Shown here piece after piece: positions 37,001 to 50,900 of a stretch of DNA of 64,000 bases; position 1 is the stretch's first letter, and the number at the start of each line of letters is the position of its first letter. A model generated the notes under the pieces. It ran no database searches. It was not told the DNA's origin and saw nothing but the letters and a program-made list of their open reading frames with translations. Source of the DNA: Raillietiella orientalis (taxonomy: Eukaryota); NCBI GenBank assembly GCA_036172245.1, contig JAYWIR010000043.1, positions 186,001 through 250,000 on the forward strand, in the 5' to 3' direction. A program made the position numbers and the translations under genes.

Positions 37001-40000
37001 CTCACAGAAGTTGAGTGATATTCCAATTGCACGATAAAGGATGAAAGAAACAAACTGCGTATCTTTCGATCCTCGTAGATAACAAAACTTCTTTTCAAGG
37101 GATGTTGACTACCTCAAGCCTCCGAATGGAGTCTCCCCTGATTTTTAGCTCACAGCTGTTTGGGTTACTGTGACCGTAGCACCTTCCGTGAACATCAGCA
37201 TGGTTGCTGATGATGGCTGATGACAGTCTTGGGAGTTATTCTCCATGCTATTAGCATGGAATCCTGAGTCCCTGGTTACGATGAGGGAACATGTGATGAT
37301 TCTCTGATGCAAATGCAAATTAACAAATGCTAGCAGGCAGTGCCTCACGGTAATGCATAGTGTGCAAAGTCTTTCACGGTCGTTTCCGTCATGAAAGCTG
37401 GACAGCAGCACCGTTTGAGGGATGATAGTGCTGCCTTTTGCTTCTATTGAGGGAATCTTCACCTAAAGAACTGATTCCAGGATAAGCGCAGGAAACTTTT
37501 TGATGCTCTGAAGACTCTCAGAAATAGGAGAATGAAAAGATCTCTAGAGGCGGGAGCACAATTGTGGTCTTCAGAGACTACAATTATGTTCCAGTTTCAG
37601 AAGTATGTTTCTCGGCATAGCTCCAATCTTTCCCGATTCTGTGCTTTTTCTTCCTGATTCAGTCAGATCCGTTTTGATTCCCTATTGGTTTTATAATTCG
37701 GAGCTGCTTCAGTCAGCAAGCACTCAGGAGACAGCTGATAATCTTTTACCTCTCTCATGGTTCGATCTTCGTGACAGAGGCAAACAGTGTTTTTGGTGAG
37801 CCCATTCTCAGTCAGTTCTTTTCTTGTAATTTCTTTGTCGGATTTACTGGGGCTCTATTTGTCAGATGGGGTCTTCGCTTCCAAAAGCGTTTTCGGCGAT
37901 ACACATAGCAGAGAGAGCTGTGTTTGTTCATCTTTCGTTTTGTTTCCTTTTACCAGTGTTCGGAAACTTTTGAGAATTTCTTTCATTGGTTTCCTTTCGT
38001 CTCGAATGTTTCCTATCCTTAACAGCAGACAGAGTACGAGAAGCTTTGCCTCCTCAAAACATGCCTATGGACATTCTGCCACAGAGAAAGGTAACATACA
38101 GTTACCGAGAACTATTAAACCAATTCGGATTCCAGAAATTAGAAATGCATTACTGTGCAACAATTGCCAGCAAGAAACTCATCATACTTATAGAAGAAAG
38201 AAAAGTTATCAAGAAGCTGTAAGTGAGATTCTAAGATATAACCTTCAACTTCTCTCTTTCATCTTTCCCACAGCTTCCTGACTGCCTCAGCGATAGGCAC
38301 AAAAAGACTTGGAAATTTATTTCAGGATAGCGCTGAAGACCTCCATGTCGACACCAGAATGAAAAATTCTAGAACGATGATTTTCAGTATGTCGAAGCCC
38401 TCAATCCGAAGTATCCGGACGTAATTTCCAGGTAGTGATTTCATTTTCAGTCGACATGAGTCATTTAAAGAGCAGAAGACAGCTTGAGGTGAGAATGTTT
38501 CAATTGCTTCTGCACTACCAAGAGAATAGGAAGATACTAGAGACAGAACCAGTGAACATTTGAAGTCGAATTGTGGTATCCGCCAAATCAGCATCAGTAT
38601 CTCTGAATTGGAAACTGACCAACTCAAATAACTGGGAGAGAAAGCATAGGGAGTCTCCAGTCAGCAGCACCTGCTGGCTCAAATAAATTTTGCACGGGTG
38701 ATTAAGAAAATCCTCAATAAAAGTGTGCGTAGCAAGAACACCTCACTTCGATGTTCGAAAGGGATGAAGAACATCTCAAGGGGTCCGGGAAAAAACCTCG
38801 CTGATGGGGATTTTTCGAGATGACAACTCTAAATGTGACAGTGGCGAAGGAAATGCCGATGATGAAAATCTTTCATTTGTCAGGGATGCAATCAGCAAGA
38901 GAAAAACCAAATCTCTCGTTCCAAATTGATACAGTGAAGATTACCCAAGGCCGGACATGAAGAGAACAACCGCAATGAAGGACGAATAATCAGAGATCTT
39001 CATTATCGTGTATTTTGAGAAGGAAGAAAAGGCTACGTGAACGCCTGTGCAACTGAACGAAGAAACCTAATGGAACAGCTCTTTGCAGTCCACACATGGC
39101 AGCCACATACTTTACATGTTCTCCCTTCTCGGAGTCCTCAACGGTCTCCGGTGCCTCGGACACTTAGGTTTAAAAGAGGATTTTCAGCTTTGCTGCTCGT
39201 CCCGTGACCTCTTGACCTGCTTTTGTTTTCCTTAGTGAATGAGTCATTCACATGCAGCGGTGGTTCTCGAGTTTTGGAGTATCGAATTTTCGGAATGCAT
39301 GTTCCAAAAGTGACGAATTTCTGAACAGAAAAGCGACCATTTTGTGTGAGCCCTCTTTTTTTTAGGGGGGGCGGGAATGGGGGGCATCTTTTACCACCTA
39401 TTATTTGTTATTTGCTTTTCGGAAGCCTGCGATTCACTACTGCTTCTGAAAGCAGCTCACGAATTTCAGAGGCGTTTTCGCGATTTCGCTTCCCAATTTG
39501 CAAATGGGAATGGGGCAAATCAAGCCCCCGCTTGCCTGTGATACCTGTCATTTGGGGCAGGTTTTCCACTGGTCACAGGGAAGGTCCTGAAGATGGCTAC
39601 AGTACAAGCTGTTCTATCCAGAGCGCTTTTATGATTTCCATTAATCCAATGTAGTTGAAAATCTTTCAAATTCTCTTCCCATGGATTTTGGATTGCGTTT
39701 GGCAAACCTCAATTTGCAAAACTGCATTTCCCTTTTATGATACTGAAGGACTCTTCTGCTTCCATGTAAAGGAAAATAGGTCTGCATTTTTCCATGACTG
39801 AGAGTTCATCGTGTATGCATTCTTCTCCGCATATTAACAATATATAAAAATTGATGCCATGACAGAAAAAGACATTGGATCATGTAAAAATCATGGTTGG
39901 AAACACTCACCTCAACCGAAGAGTTATAATTTAGAAAAGGATCAGCGGGAAGAAACCAGCAAGGTCTGTGAGTTGAAAAAGATGAAGTGATCAATAATAA

Positions 40001-42009
40001 CAGTATTAACTCTTCCGTGTCTCGGGCTTGCTGAGAGCATCTGCGATCGAGCTGGAGGCTGCCATGGTTGCCTACTACCTCGGCATGTGGGCTTGGAAGC
40101 GTGGAAATCGAAAACATAGCGCAACTGCGCCGTGAGCATTTGGTCTGAAATCATCGCAGCAACGTCCTGGAGGAAAAGCTCCGGGAGCTCCAGCAGAAGA
40201 AGCTTCCAGCATCCCTTAGCAATTTTCGTTTTCCAGCGTTTGCCAACACACAAATGCAACGGTGCATCATGGTCTGTTGGTATGTCCATTCGTACAACAG
40301 TAGGGACAGAATTGATGAAAACGTGTATTGATTTTATCCATAGTCCTTTCCGATGGTTGAGATCGCGGAAAGGAGCATTCGCAAGGAATTGGTTTGTTGA
40401 AGAGGCCAGTGCGCTCTCTCTGCTGTACATTTCCGAAAAAATGCATACAGGAAAGGCTTGAGGTCGGAAATCGTGTACACGTTATATGGGCTGCTCCAGG
40501 AACCACTGAATGACCGGACAGGAGTTTCATCGTGTCACAGGTGCCTGAGAATCGAGAATCGGTTAATTGAGAAACTCTCAGCGACCCCGTCTACGAAATC
40601 ACAAATCTTCAAACGTTTCATCTCAACCAGAAAGGACATCTGTCGGCTCAACCATCACCGCATGTTTTCTTTTGTTTTTTTTTCTTCCCTTTATAAGCTG
40701 GCATTTAAATTGTACGTGACACTGCGGTCTTAATCGAAGCGCGAAGGAAGGATGTCAAAAGAAACTAGTTACTCTGCCGGATGAGATTGCCCCAACTCTT
40801 CCTGGGGAATCCGCAGACGACACTTTCGCCTCATCACACCCCACGTGAGTAACAGAACTGACTGGAAACCTGGAAGCGGCTCTTTGAAAACAGCAAGTAA
40901 TACCTTGATGACTGAAGGGAATATGCAAATGGGGAAGCGTAGTAAATGATCAGTCACATCCCGGTTTCTTTTATTTTAATATTCTGCGCTTGGATCTCCC
41001 GGTTTCTGGATTTCCTTTGAGTTTCTTCCGGAGGAAAACCAGCTCGGAACTGATTGGATCTGGAAAGAGCATTTTCCTGCGTTTCATTCCACGAAGGCGG
41101 CAGCGACTCGTACGTTCCATATTGAAGTGAAAGAGATGGCCCAAAATCAATCCTGGAAATGCACTGACTTTTTCCATTTGGAACAGTTTTCACTCCTTAA
41201 TCGCAGAGTACTTCTATAGAGATTCTGCTCTTGTCTCAAATTCGAGATCCGTTCCAAGAGAAGAGAATCGAGAGGATCGATCCTGAAGATGGGGAGAGCG
41301 ATGCTGCCTTCAGGAGATGCGTGTTCTTCCTTCTTCCGTTTCCAGTTCCTCTGTTTTTCAACTGTTCATTAGGGATTGAATTACTTGATTGCTTTCTTCA
41401 TGTAACAGAAGGGAGGAAGTGCTAACATTCCAGATACGTATGCTGAAAAATTTAAATAAACATCAAACACGCGAAATCACCCGAGAGGGAAACATAGGTG
41501 AGTTATTCAGTATCGAGAAAGGATTCTCTTCCTCAGATCAAGAAGAGAATTTCCCATCTCACTCCAGAGAAGGTAAATAGATCAGAAATCTCTATGCATT
41601 CACCATGATGAAATCTGAAGCGTGTTCTCAGCACGGCACCATGGAACACATGCAATTTCAGTCTCTCTCTGAATTCAAGAAAGCTCCAAGTGGGATCAAA
41701 TGGCTAAGTAAAGCTACCAATTTTTTCAATTTACATTTTTCCAATCAGTTCGACTTTTTCTAGGTGCAGTGGCAGCAGCTGTGTTTCTTAGGGTCTTTAC
41801 CTCTTTGGAAATTATCGGATAAAAACAGAGGTCCTTGAAACTGTGGTGTGAAAGCCTACGACGTACAAATAGTAGAAAATTTTCGTCAGCTGCGACAGAC
41901 TTTCCCCAATTCAGACAGGAGTGTCAGTCAACTCTCTGAGAAAAAAATATGAGGTGAAATATAACTTCTCCTTTTTTTTTTCTTTCGGATTGAAGAGAAA
42001 GTTTTTCAT

Positions 42010-42440
42010 TTGGTTCCATTTGTTTCTACGGATCGCGTCATTTTGACACGAAAAAAATGTATTCCTCGTTGGTAAAAGTCTCTGGTCTTCAACAGTCTTG
42101 TCATTATCCCGAAAATTTTGTCTAATAACGGCACTCTCCACTTGCCAAATGGAAGTCTGGTGAAAGGGAACCAGCCTCATATATGATCAGCAGCTCAGCA
42201 GCGATGCCATTCCTCTGGGACTTGTTTTCTAGTGTCATGTGTCGTGGCAAATACTGTGAACAGACTTTCGAGTACCCCAGATGCTAAATTACTTCGTTCA
42301 CATTCACTCCCTTTATTAATTCCCTGCTCAGTGCTAGCACCTTGTAAGTGACACCTTGATCTTACCGCATGATTTCATCAGCACGTCGCTGTTGTCGGGT
42401 GCCAAAGCAGAAGTTTGGGAGTAGGACGGGGCATTGAGCT
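42010..42440 (-). mobile_element. Internally deleted mariner transposase relic
   Basis: RADEIMR*DQGVT...HLGYSKVCSQYLPRHMTLENKSQRNGIAAELL (HTH/linker; cf. LGYRKVCARWVPR.LT) is followed directly by SPDFHL and KTRDFYQRGIH...VETNG (mariner C-terminus). Confidence 0.75.
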
Positions 42441-45400
42441 GCTAATCACATAGACGGAGGTCATTATTTGACGACCGCATTTGCTTTTCAAGATCTTGAC
42501 ATTCTGTCGGCAGCGGTTCTCTGTTAACCTGTAGAATTAGTTAAGCCCTGTGCAGACTCTCTACTTTGTCTTCTTTAGCCTCTTGGAATCGCATCAAAGC
42601 CCTGTGACTCATCGCGCCATCAGACATCATTCCAAAGCGCTAATTGCCTCAGCTGCAGTAATTGTGCTCCTTTGGAAACCCGAGCCAACACTTTTAATAA
42701 ATAATCATCGGCACGAAAGCTCAAGCACATGAACAGATCATTACTTTTAATCGAAAGTTGCAAAAGTTATCATGGCGCTGCTCCCATTATCCACATTCGT
42801 CGTGCAGTCTCCCGTCTTACGCTTTTCTGGGTAAGCAGTGGTCTCTTCACCATCATTCCTATAGATATTTTTGCCACTCATCCTGGAAACAAATGATCCC
42901 AAACCGCAGTAATGCAGTAGAAATTTGAATGCACACAATAAAAGACTCTTCCGTCAAACTCACGAATTTACAAATGTGAATTCTTTCCTTAACCAACCAG
43001 AGCCGACAGATACATTGCGTGTATATCGAAGGTTAGGTTCATAAAAAAGAAGACGGCGCCATTCTGCGCCCACGGGGCGCGTTTTCTGGAGGCCGAGAGG
43101 AAGATTGAAATGCCGCGCTATGACAGCAGCTTCTTTCGTTGCTCTTGTCATTCAAGATGACTGCTGTTCGTGGTCAGCGCATGGACGTGTCTCATTTCTT
43201 CACCTTGCTGCGTTTGGATGAGGAATTCTCCCTTGAATTTCGGGGACACAACTCCTTTCACCATGCTGAACATGTCTTGCCTTTCAGCGAATTTCGTTTG
43301 CTGGTGGCCACGTTCGATTTTCCATCTGCTTTTCTGAAGGTTTCTGAATCCCTTCCCGCTCCTGTAAGAGGGAAACATGGAAGAGTACACGAGCCGTGCT
43401 GAGTAGTCGAAAAAGCAGACAGAACCGGAAACTGAAGATGGTACAGTCCTCTCGCACAAGAAAATTTTTACAGTTTCTCCTCGTACTACTCTTGACTGGA
43501 CACTGTGCCAGCTCGGTGTAGTGTGCACCATGCACTACAGACTGCGCAACAGGTGAGTCTGAGCAGAATGGAGTAATCTGATGGCGCTCAAATGCATACT
43601 TCGCTCCATAAAAACAGTCTAGAAACTTTTACAACTGCTCGAAACTGTTCGCAGTAATGCGAACCAGGTGTTGTAAACGCTTTCATAAGCTTTGTGAGCG
43701 ACTGCTAGAGGATGGCAGAGGTGATGGTGATTCACGTTTATTGCGAGAACTTTGATTGGTGGATGATTGTGTTGGGAATGTTTTTGATAAGGGTTGCTTG
43801 TCTTCATAAATTTCCGAAACTTCCGTTCCTGAGGTCCGTTACAAGTCAGTCCCGATGGCATTCTACCATTCGTATATCTCAGGAGTGTTGTGAAAAAAAT
43901 AAAATAAAATGGAAGCAGTGCGGTTTTTTGAATACAGGAAGAAATTGCGCAGACTGACATGCCTTTTTTGCTTTGGCTGAGGAAGATCTTCTTCATTCCC
44001 GCATCATGTTCAATGCTCCTTGCAAACGGGGATGTTTTCTGATATGCCTTGCAGGCACAGAGACGCGGTGCACTCGGTGCATTCACCAGAACGCGCAGGA
44101 TCGAGACATCCAACATTTACGTCATTTTAAGTGTATCCAGAAAAAAGACGTGATAAAACAGGAGCATGCTCTCAGATAGGAGAGGAACAGTAGAGTCGTA
44201 CATTCGCACGTGGATGGTGTGGAAGATGTGTAAGGTGTATCGGAAACAACGGATAAGTGGATAGTGTCAGATACACGGATCGGACTGGGAGGACGTGGGT
44301 TTCGTGGACACGGGATGCTGAGAAACGGGATGTGGGATATGTAAGCTGCATCAAGTAATGAACCCAAGATTATGGAAAGTGGGGGAAGCGAATGGAATTG
44401 CGACTTTCTTTGATGAAAGTCGCAATTTCATCCTCACGAGAAGCTATGGCGTCGCTATGATGCACTGGAAAATCGGTATTCCTGCTCCGAACACGTCGGA
44501 CGAGCTCCCGAACGAGACTCTGAGGTTTCTCGTTTCCGAAGAATCCAAGCGAAATCTTCCCCGATGCAGCCGAGGCTGCCAAGTCTGCTCAACATCATGG
44601 CTCGAAGAGCCAAGTAGATGTCAGAGTCCATTTAGATGAATTGAGCTTTTAGAGATCACCAAGCGACTCTTTCAAAAGGAATTCAGTAAGGTCGTAGTGA
44701 AACGAAACATACAATTGATGGAAACTGTTAAAAGGAAAGTGAAGCTCTGAAGATATTCCCGGCCTACCGGTGTTCCCCCAATTTTGTTTGGCGTCTTGCT
44801 TTAGTCTTCGAAAAACAAAGATGGAAGGAACAACCGGCTATCGCGAATAAAGAATTTTTCATTTTTATGCTGGCAAATGAGGTTTTTCGTTTCTTCTTAG
44901 TCTCAATGAGGTTCTTAGTTAGGTGCTGTGGAAATGGACACAGTGGTGGAATCGAAACTCTCTTCCATGCGTGAAGAAAACAGCTGAGGATTCCGAGTCG
45001 CTCTTCAGAAGCAGAAAAGAAACAAAATGCACTCGGGATAAGAATAACAAAGTTGCAGGAGGCAAAATGACGGACATGTCCTCGTGCAAAAGGGGTCACT
45101 GAAACTCTGGTAGAGACGAAGACATCAGCACCAGTGTCTCTTCATTTGCACCGCTACGAAAAACTTAGACAGAGGAGCTTTTGCAATTGCGATCAAGCCC
45201 CAGAGCACGGCACCTGCATAGAGTATTTTCGTCTCTCTTTTAGTAGGAAGCGAATTTATTCGAATAAACAGGAGCCATGAAGGAGTGATTCCTTTTTTTC
45301 ACCAGCATGTAGCGACTCGGGAATTCTTGCTTAGAGTACTCATGTAATTAGAAATACTTTAAGCCGTTAGTTGGAATGTTCACTTTGAAGATGAGATCAA

Positions 45401-46529
45401 TTGTCTTATTATCGCATTATCTAAGAGCTTACCTCAAAGCGTATTTCCCTAGAGCACTGTGATGTTTGCTGATGCTTCAGCGTAGGGCAAAGCGTGTGAA
45501 AAATGGGAGTGGACAAGATCATTAACGTGCTGATCAACATTTTAGTTGCACTTGCTGCGGAGAACATGTTGTAAAGCATATCGCTTTTTTAGTGAGCATC
45601 TTCCCATATGCTACGTCACTTACACTCATTGAAGTGAGTAGGAAGCAGGGAGCAGAAGTCCAGAGTTAAGTAGGGACATTAATTTCTGACAAATAAACAC
45701 CATTTCCTAAATTTCTATGGATCCCTTTGGAAAGCAAGGAGGGATGCTTTTGGGGCATAGTTTCGTCGCGCTGCAACGGAACTATGAAATGTGCAAGAGC
45801 ACGCAGATTGAAGTGTTTGAGTTGGCAGGAGCACGTTTGCAGCGTGAGAACTCGATGTGCACAAACATCCCCAATCTGGATCAATAAGGAAAGAGAGAGT
45901 CCTGGTACTGAGTGTGTACGGGGACTCATGGCCATTTTCTTCGGATCGGAAATCCTTCTTTTCTGTCTTCGCAGTTCTTCGACACGGTTCCACGCCACCC
46001 GAGGGTGAGTGATGCTTCAGAATAGGGGGTACCTGGGAGGGGTCCGTCCTATGAATCCAGGAAGGACCCGGAGTCTGTTCCTCTCTCGCCTGGCGAGGGA
46101 TCCCCGGAAATGGAGATCACCTCCACCCTGGTTGTCTCCGAAGGGGAATCTCCTTCCTTATTCTTTCTGAAGAGACCCTTGGAGGGGCGCGCTTCAGTTT
46201 TTCATCTCTAAAGGGAACCCAGAAAGGACCCTCTCCTGAAATTTCTTCTCCGGAGGGATCGCTTGCAAGAGATCCGCTCCTGTTTTTCCTCTTCTGAAGA
46301 GAACCCAGATGGGACGCTTCCGAATTTAGAAGGACGCAGCTTCCCCGAAGGGATCGGGTCGCTTCTCTGCACTCTCTGGAGAGATGGTGGAGACACACCT
46401 ACTCCATCAGTCCGATGCGAAGGGGTCCCACCCGGAAAGGGAATCCTCTCCTTCACAACAGGAGGGGAGCTCCACTCCGTGATTCCTGGAAGGACTCGGA
46501 GGTCGACTCCCATTTGCCCCGGCCCTCAT

Positions 46530-46681
46530 CGGAAGCATGCGGTTTTAACCGCTGCCAGTTCCGCACCCGGCCAACCAGCGTCATCATGTGGGGTGAACTG
46601 ACGCACTGCGTCGATTCCTTCGCAGTATTCGAACCCACGACGCGTGGTGACCACCGTAACCATACGGCCTCCGACGCGGGC
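46530..46681 (-). mobile_element. Possible tRNA-derived SINE
   Basis: Minus strand: A-box-like AGGCCGTATGGTTA (46670-46657) and B-box GGGTTCGAAT (46636-46627) at tRNA-like spacing, then a GC-rich body. No complete cloverleaf seen. Confidence 0.4.
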
Positions 46682-47444
46682 AACCGGACCATTTGGTCTT
46701 CTTTTGAGATTTTTCAGCATCTGCGTTATTGAAAAAAATGAGGCCCAGGTGACGAATCGCAAAGTGCAGGAAAATGCGAAGAGTGGAAGTGCCTTCGAGG
46801 CGACAAATCCAAAATGCTTTAACGGAAATTCATGCGGCCATTCACTCCGCTTCCTTGTCATAATGGTCATCGCATTGCATTCGTATTTGACTTTTAAAGA
46901 GCTTCTTATCGTACGCAAGGTAGTGGAAGGAGGAGACAGTTAGCACCACAGTTAAGGAAGATGAGCTGGGTGATTTCTTTGAAACTCATTTCGGTAGACG
47001 TATTTCCGACCAAAAACTTGGATGCAGAGAACACTCGGTCGAACACTCAGGTTGGAATTTTGGAATAATGTTAGACATTTTACGAGTGAAGAAAGCAAAG
47101 GTATCATCCCTCAAAGTGTTGGACGGATAGTGACTGGATCATGCATCACACATATTTTTCCTTGGACACTCCTAGGACTTTTGGTTTTAAAATAAGATTT
47201 CGTGGTTAATATGTGTGTGGAATTGTCCATTGAGAAAAGAATGGCAAATCTCATGAACCGATGGTATCTTATATCCATTTGCAAGATTTCATGATCCAAA
47301 GCAGAGATCAAAACCTTCGGGCCAGTATATCGATGTTTTCTTTGAACGTGGGGAATGAACTTATAAACATACAACAGTGATATGGTACGATATCAGTGAG
47401 ATCTTCAAGAATCACATACAGAAAACAGTTCCAAAAGAGTAGAA

Positions 47445-47975
47445 CTGAATTGCACACCTGAAAGGAGAGTCTGAAGAGTGAGAAATAAAGGATAGAGAAA
47501 CCGGAAGCCGAAAAATCCATGAAAGGACGAGTTCCTCGTGCTCCAAAAATCCTCCGCTAAGTTCACCTTATATTTTCCTCGTTAGTCATCCACAAGAAGG
47601 CAAATAATGCTTTCATTGCTCAGCTTGTAGATGGACGCGCAGAAATACAGATCATTTCGGCTCTCGATAGAAAGACATGAATCAGCTCGCAGTCTTCATT
47701 ACAAAGCATTCAGTTCCGATGGACCCTAACATGAGTGTTTGGTGAATAAAAATCCTCATTGGATTTCCAAAAATCATGCTTTCTTCTTCCTTCTTTGGAC
47801 TTCATAGAATATCCATTCTTACTGGAATCCTTAGCGATGTCCGCTCTCAATACCAAAGCATCAACTAAGCTCCTCTATTCCCACTTGTAAACAGCAAACC
47901 TCTCCAAAATCTCATGTCATGACATCTCGGGTTCCTGCGCTCTCAGACCGATAAAATTCTTGGAATCCATACAAA
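47445..47975 (-). mobile_element. Heavily decayed mariner transposase relic
   Basis: Ordered remnants: VWIPRIL (WVPHEL), EWIFYEVQRRKKK (EKWIYYDN.KRKK), IHQTLML, ELIHVFL and DFSASG/YPLFLTLQTLLSGVQF (DLAPSDYHLF.SLQN.L.G..F). Confidence 0.5.
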
Positions 47976-50900
47976 TAACAGAATCTGTATCGAGACGACC
48001 AGAGAGAGCTTATTCCGCACTGATGGAGGTAAAAATGGATGGCGCTTGCGGTAGAGGAAATTCGTCAATATCAGATAAGAGATGATCATTGGGGCTGTGT
48101 TGCTCATTAGCGACTCGGAGACTGCTTCTCCTTAGAAAGAGATGGAAAGGCATGAAAAAATTCCTTCCCAACAGTGAGCAGCGTGGTTCATGCTAGTCAG
48201 GTTTGGGATTTCAAAAGCTGCCCTTATGAGCATCGTCGTATGGCGGGGGAGCATTTTCTTAGGCATTTTCTACACCTCAAATCACAGACGTTTGATTTCT
48301 GAAAATGCCGTTCAAGATGCCATTATGGCAAATGCTCACCAGAGCGTTCTTCACGGTCTCTGTTTCTTGGCTCCCGAGTCGCTGAATGATTGAAATTTGC
48401 ATTGCTGATTTCCGTGTGGTCACTTTCTTGGAATCGGTGCAATTCTCCACGAATCTTTCAGCCCCCCCTCCCCTTTGGATTTTGCATACTCCGGTAAAGC
48501 AAGGATTTCAAACCTGCCTTGCTTACGCGCCTTTCCAGGAGCATACGCCGATCCCCCTGGGAAATTCTGTCCTCAAACTCGGAGGAAAAGGCATTTCGAT
48601 TTCGAAGCAATTATTTTGCGAGTCGCTTATAAGGATTTATTTCATTTATTTATTTCTTTGAGTGCCGCTGGATAATCCAGAAATGCTCTAATGGATTTCT
48701 TCATATCCCCGTAGCTTGATTTTTGACCTCCGGCTACTCTTTAACCGCCTCCATCATAATTCATTCTGAGTGTATCTGCAAATTTGGCGTTCATGTGCGA
48801 AATACGGATGGACATGAGACTTCGCATTTCCATTCCTCCCACCACCTTCTTCACTGAATTCGAAACTTCGAGCTGGACCATCACAACTGTGCACATAATA
48901 AGCATATGTCCAATGCGTGTGTGTTCCATACGTGCTTACCACATGCACAAAGGTACGATCTCTATCTGTACTTCTTACTCGATTACGGTGTCTTTTACAC
49001 GTAACATATACACGTTTTCTTCGTGTCTGCATAGGGGAGTACATCTTCATGCGGTACTTATAATATGTTTCATTTGACACGAAGGGAAACACGTGGTGAA
49101 AAGTTCTGTGTTGGAGCTACACTGACTGCAGTTCATCTGAGGTCATTCCTGTGAGTGTACGTTCGAAAAGACAGCCTTCTTAAGTAACTTCTTGGTTTCG
49201 ACTTGTGAAAAATCTTCGAGGAGTTAGTTTTTCTTAAACTAGAAGCACTCCTCTTCTTGTTTTCACGTAAGAACAGACAGACGTTCCTGCAAAGCATCTG
49301 TACACGGAAATCGGTCATTTCGAAATAAAAGAGGGAAGCTGAGTATAGCATGGAATATTTTCATCTGATGTTCACCCTGACTGTTACGGTTTCCAAACGA
49401 TCGTACGTGCTGTGCGGTTTTATCTACCTCTAGAAAGAATAATATATGCACGTCGCATGCTGAACCATATCAGTAAGCTTTCTTTCCTTGATATGCAGAT
49501 CATCCGAACACATACCGAAGCGTGTTTACGAATTCCATGTAGGTGCGCACCTCGGAGCATGAATACTTAATTATCCTTAAAGCAAGTTGATACTTCCATG
49601 CAGGAGCATCTTCCTCCGATAATCTCCCTTTCAGATCTGTGCTTTTCGTGCTTTTTCCCTTCCCATTTTCCTAAATTTACTTGCGGCACTTAGAGCCTCT
49701 CCAGCATCATGAATTAAGTCTTCATCTTGTTTCCCTCCAGCACGGATGAGAGTAAATATGTAAGCACACATAACACAAATATCATTCTGCCAGCATTCCC
49801 AGGAATGCGTCCCAACTGAGGCGCGCTTCTTTTCCTGCACTTTTCATCAAATTTACATGCATTGGTGGGATTCGGCGCGAGGATCACTCGCGAAAACACC
49901 TCAGTTGATTCTGAAGGAACTCTCTCGGAGGAGTGGGAAAGTGTGTTGGCAGCGGATCGGCAGTGCACACCGCATTGAGGTGTATCGCCGAGCCAGGTGC
50001 TCGTTGTCCATGGTTGGCGTCGTCAGAGACCACTGAGCTCGGCCTGGAAATCCATCCCTAAGGTGTTCCTTTGTGTCGAAGCTGCACAAGTAGGATAACG
50101 TGTTCCATCCAGATAGTGGAGTGCCCATGATAAAATAAGATGGACGAAGCGAAATGTTGGAATCGGGAGAGCAAGAAAGGTACCCTTGAAGACACTCTTC
50201 ACCATTTAGGAGGAAGACTGTTCGAATTTGTGCTTTTATAATCACAATCACAAATTCTTCTCCCCTTTCTTTTTTTATTCATAAGCGTACTGAATGCAGC
50301 GATTACTATCCATTCACATTTCTTTCGAACTCGATGCACTTATGATGTGATCGTGTGCTGATTTCCCGTCGCAGTCGTGTTTGAGATTCTGTTATTCGTA
50401 TTGGCAATGTGATCTCCTGCTTGTGCCAACATTGTTTTGCTGTATTTGGAAGGCCCTTCCTGGCAGATGAGCTTCTTCTGAGACTGGCTGTATGTTCGAG
50501 GAAACAGATTAAACCTTGAGAAAGTAAAGTATGCTTCCCACTTTTCGAAATTTCCATTTTGATTTCTGTCACGAAAACTGTGTGGCTCGATTTGGCTGCC
50601 GCCTTACGAGGAGGATGTCTCTACAAAGCAGAAGATAGTTCGAACGTTCTGGAACTTCCTGTCTCCGACGTTTCATAAGGCACTGTGAAAAGCGTTATTT
50701 CCCATTTTATCAGTATGTATGTATCACAGAGGAATTACTGTGTATGGGAACTATGGATTCCAACGATCTTCCTCGAATCATCTTTGAGCAGCATCCCTGA
50801 TCCCGAACCACGAGAATTATGATGCCCAACTTTGATCCAGACTTCTTCCTCGACACTCCTTTCCGTATCTGCATCAAAGTGAATTTTTCACCTATTCAGC

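Noticed and set aside
50739..50868. Minus-strand exon candidate (TERSVEEEVWIKVGHH...)
   Set aside because: Open frame with AG/GT borders, but no homology or neighbouring exons that I can support.
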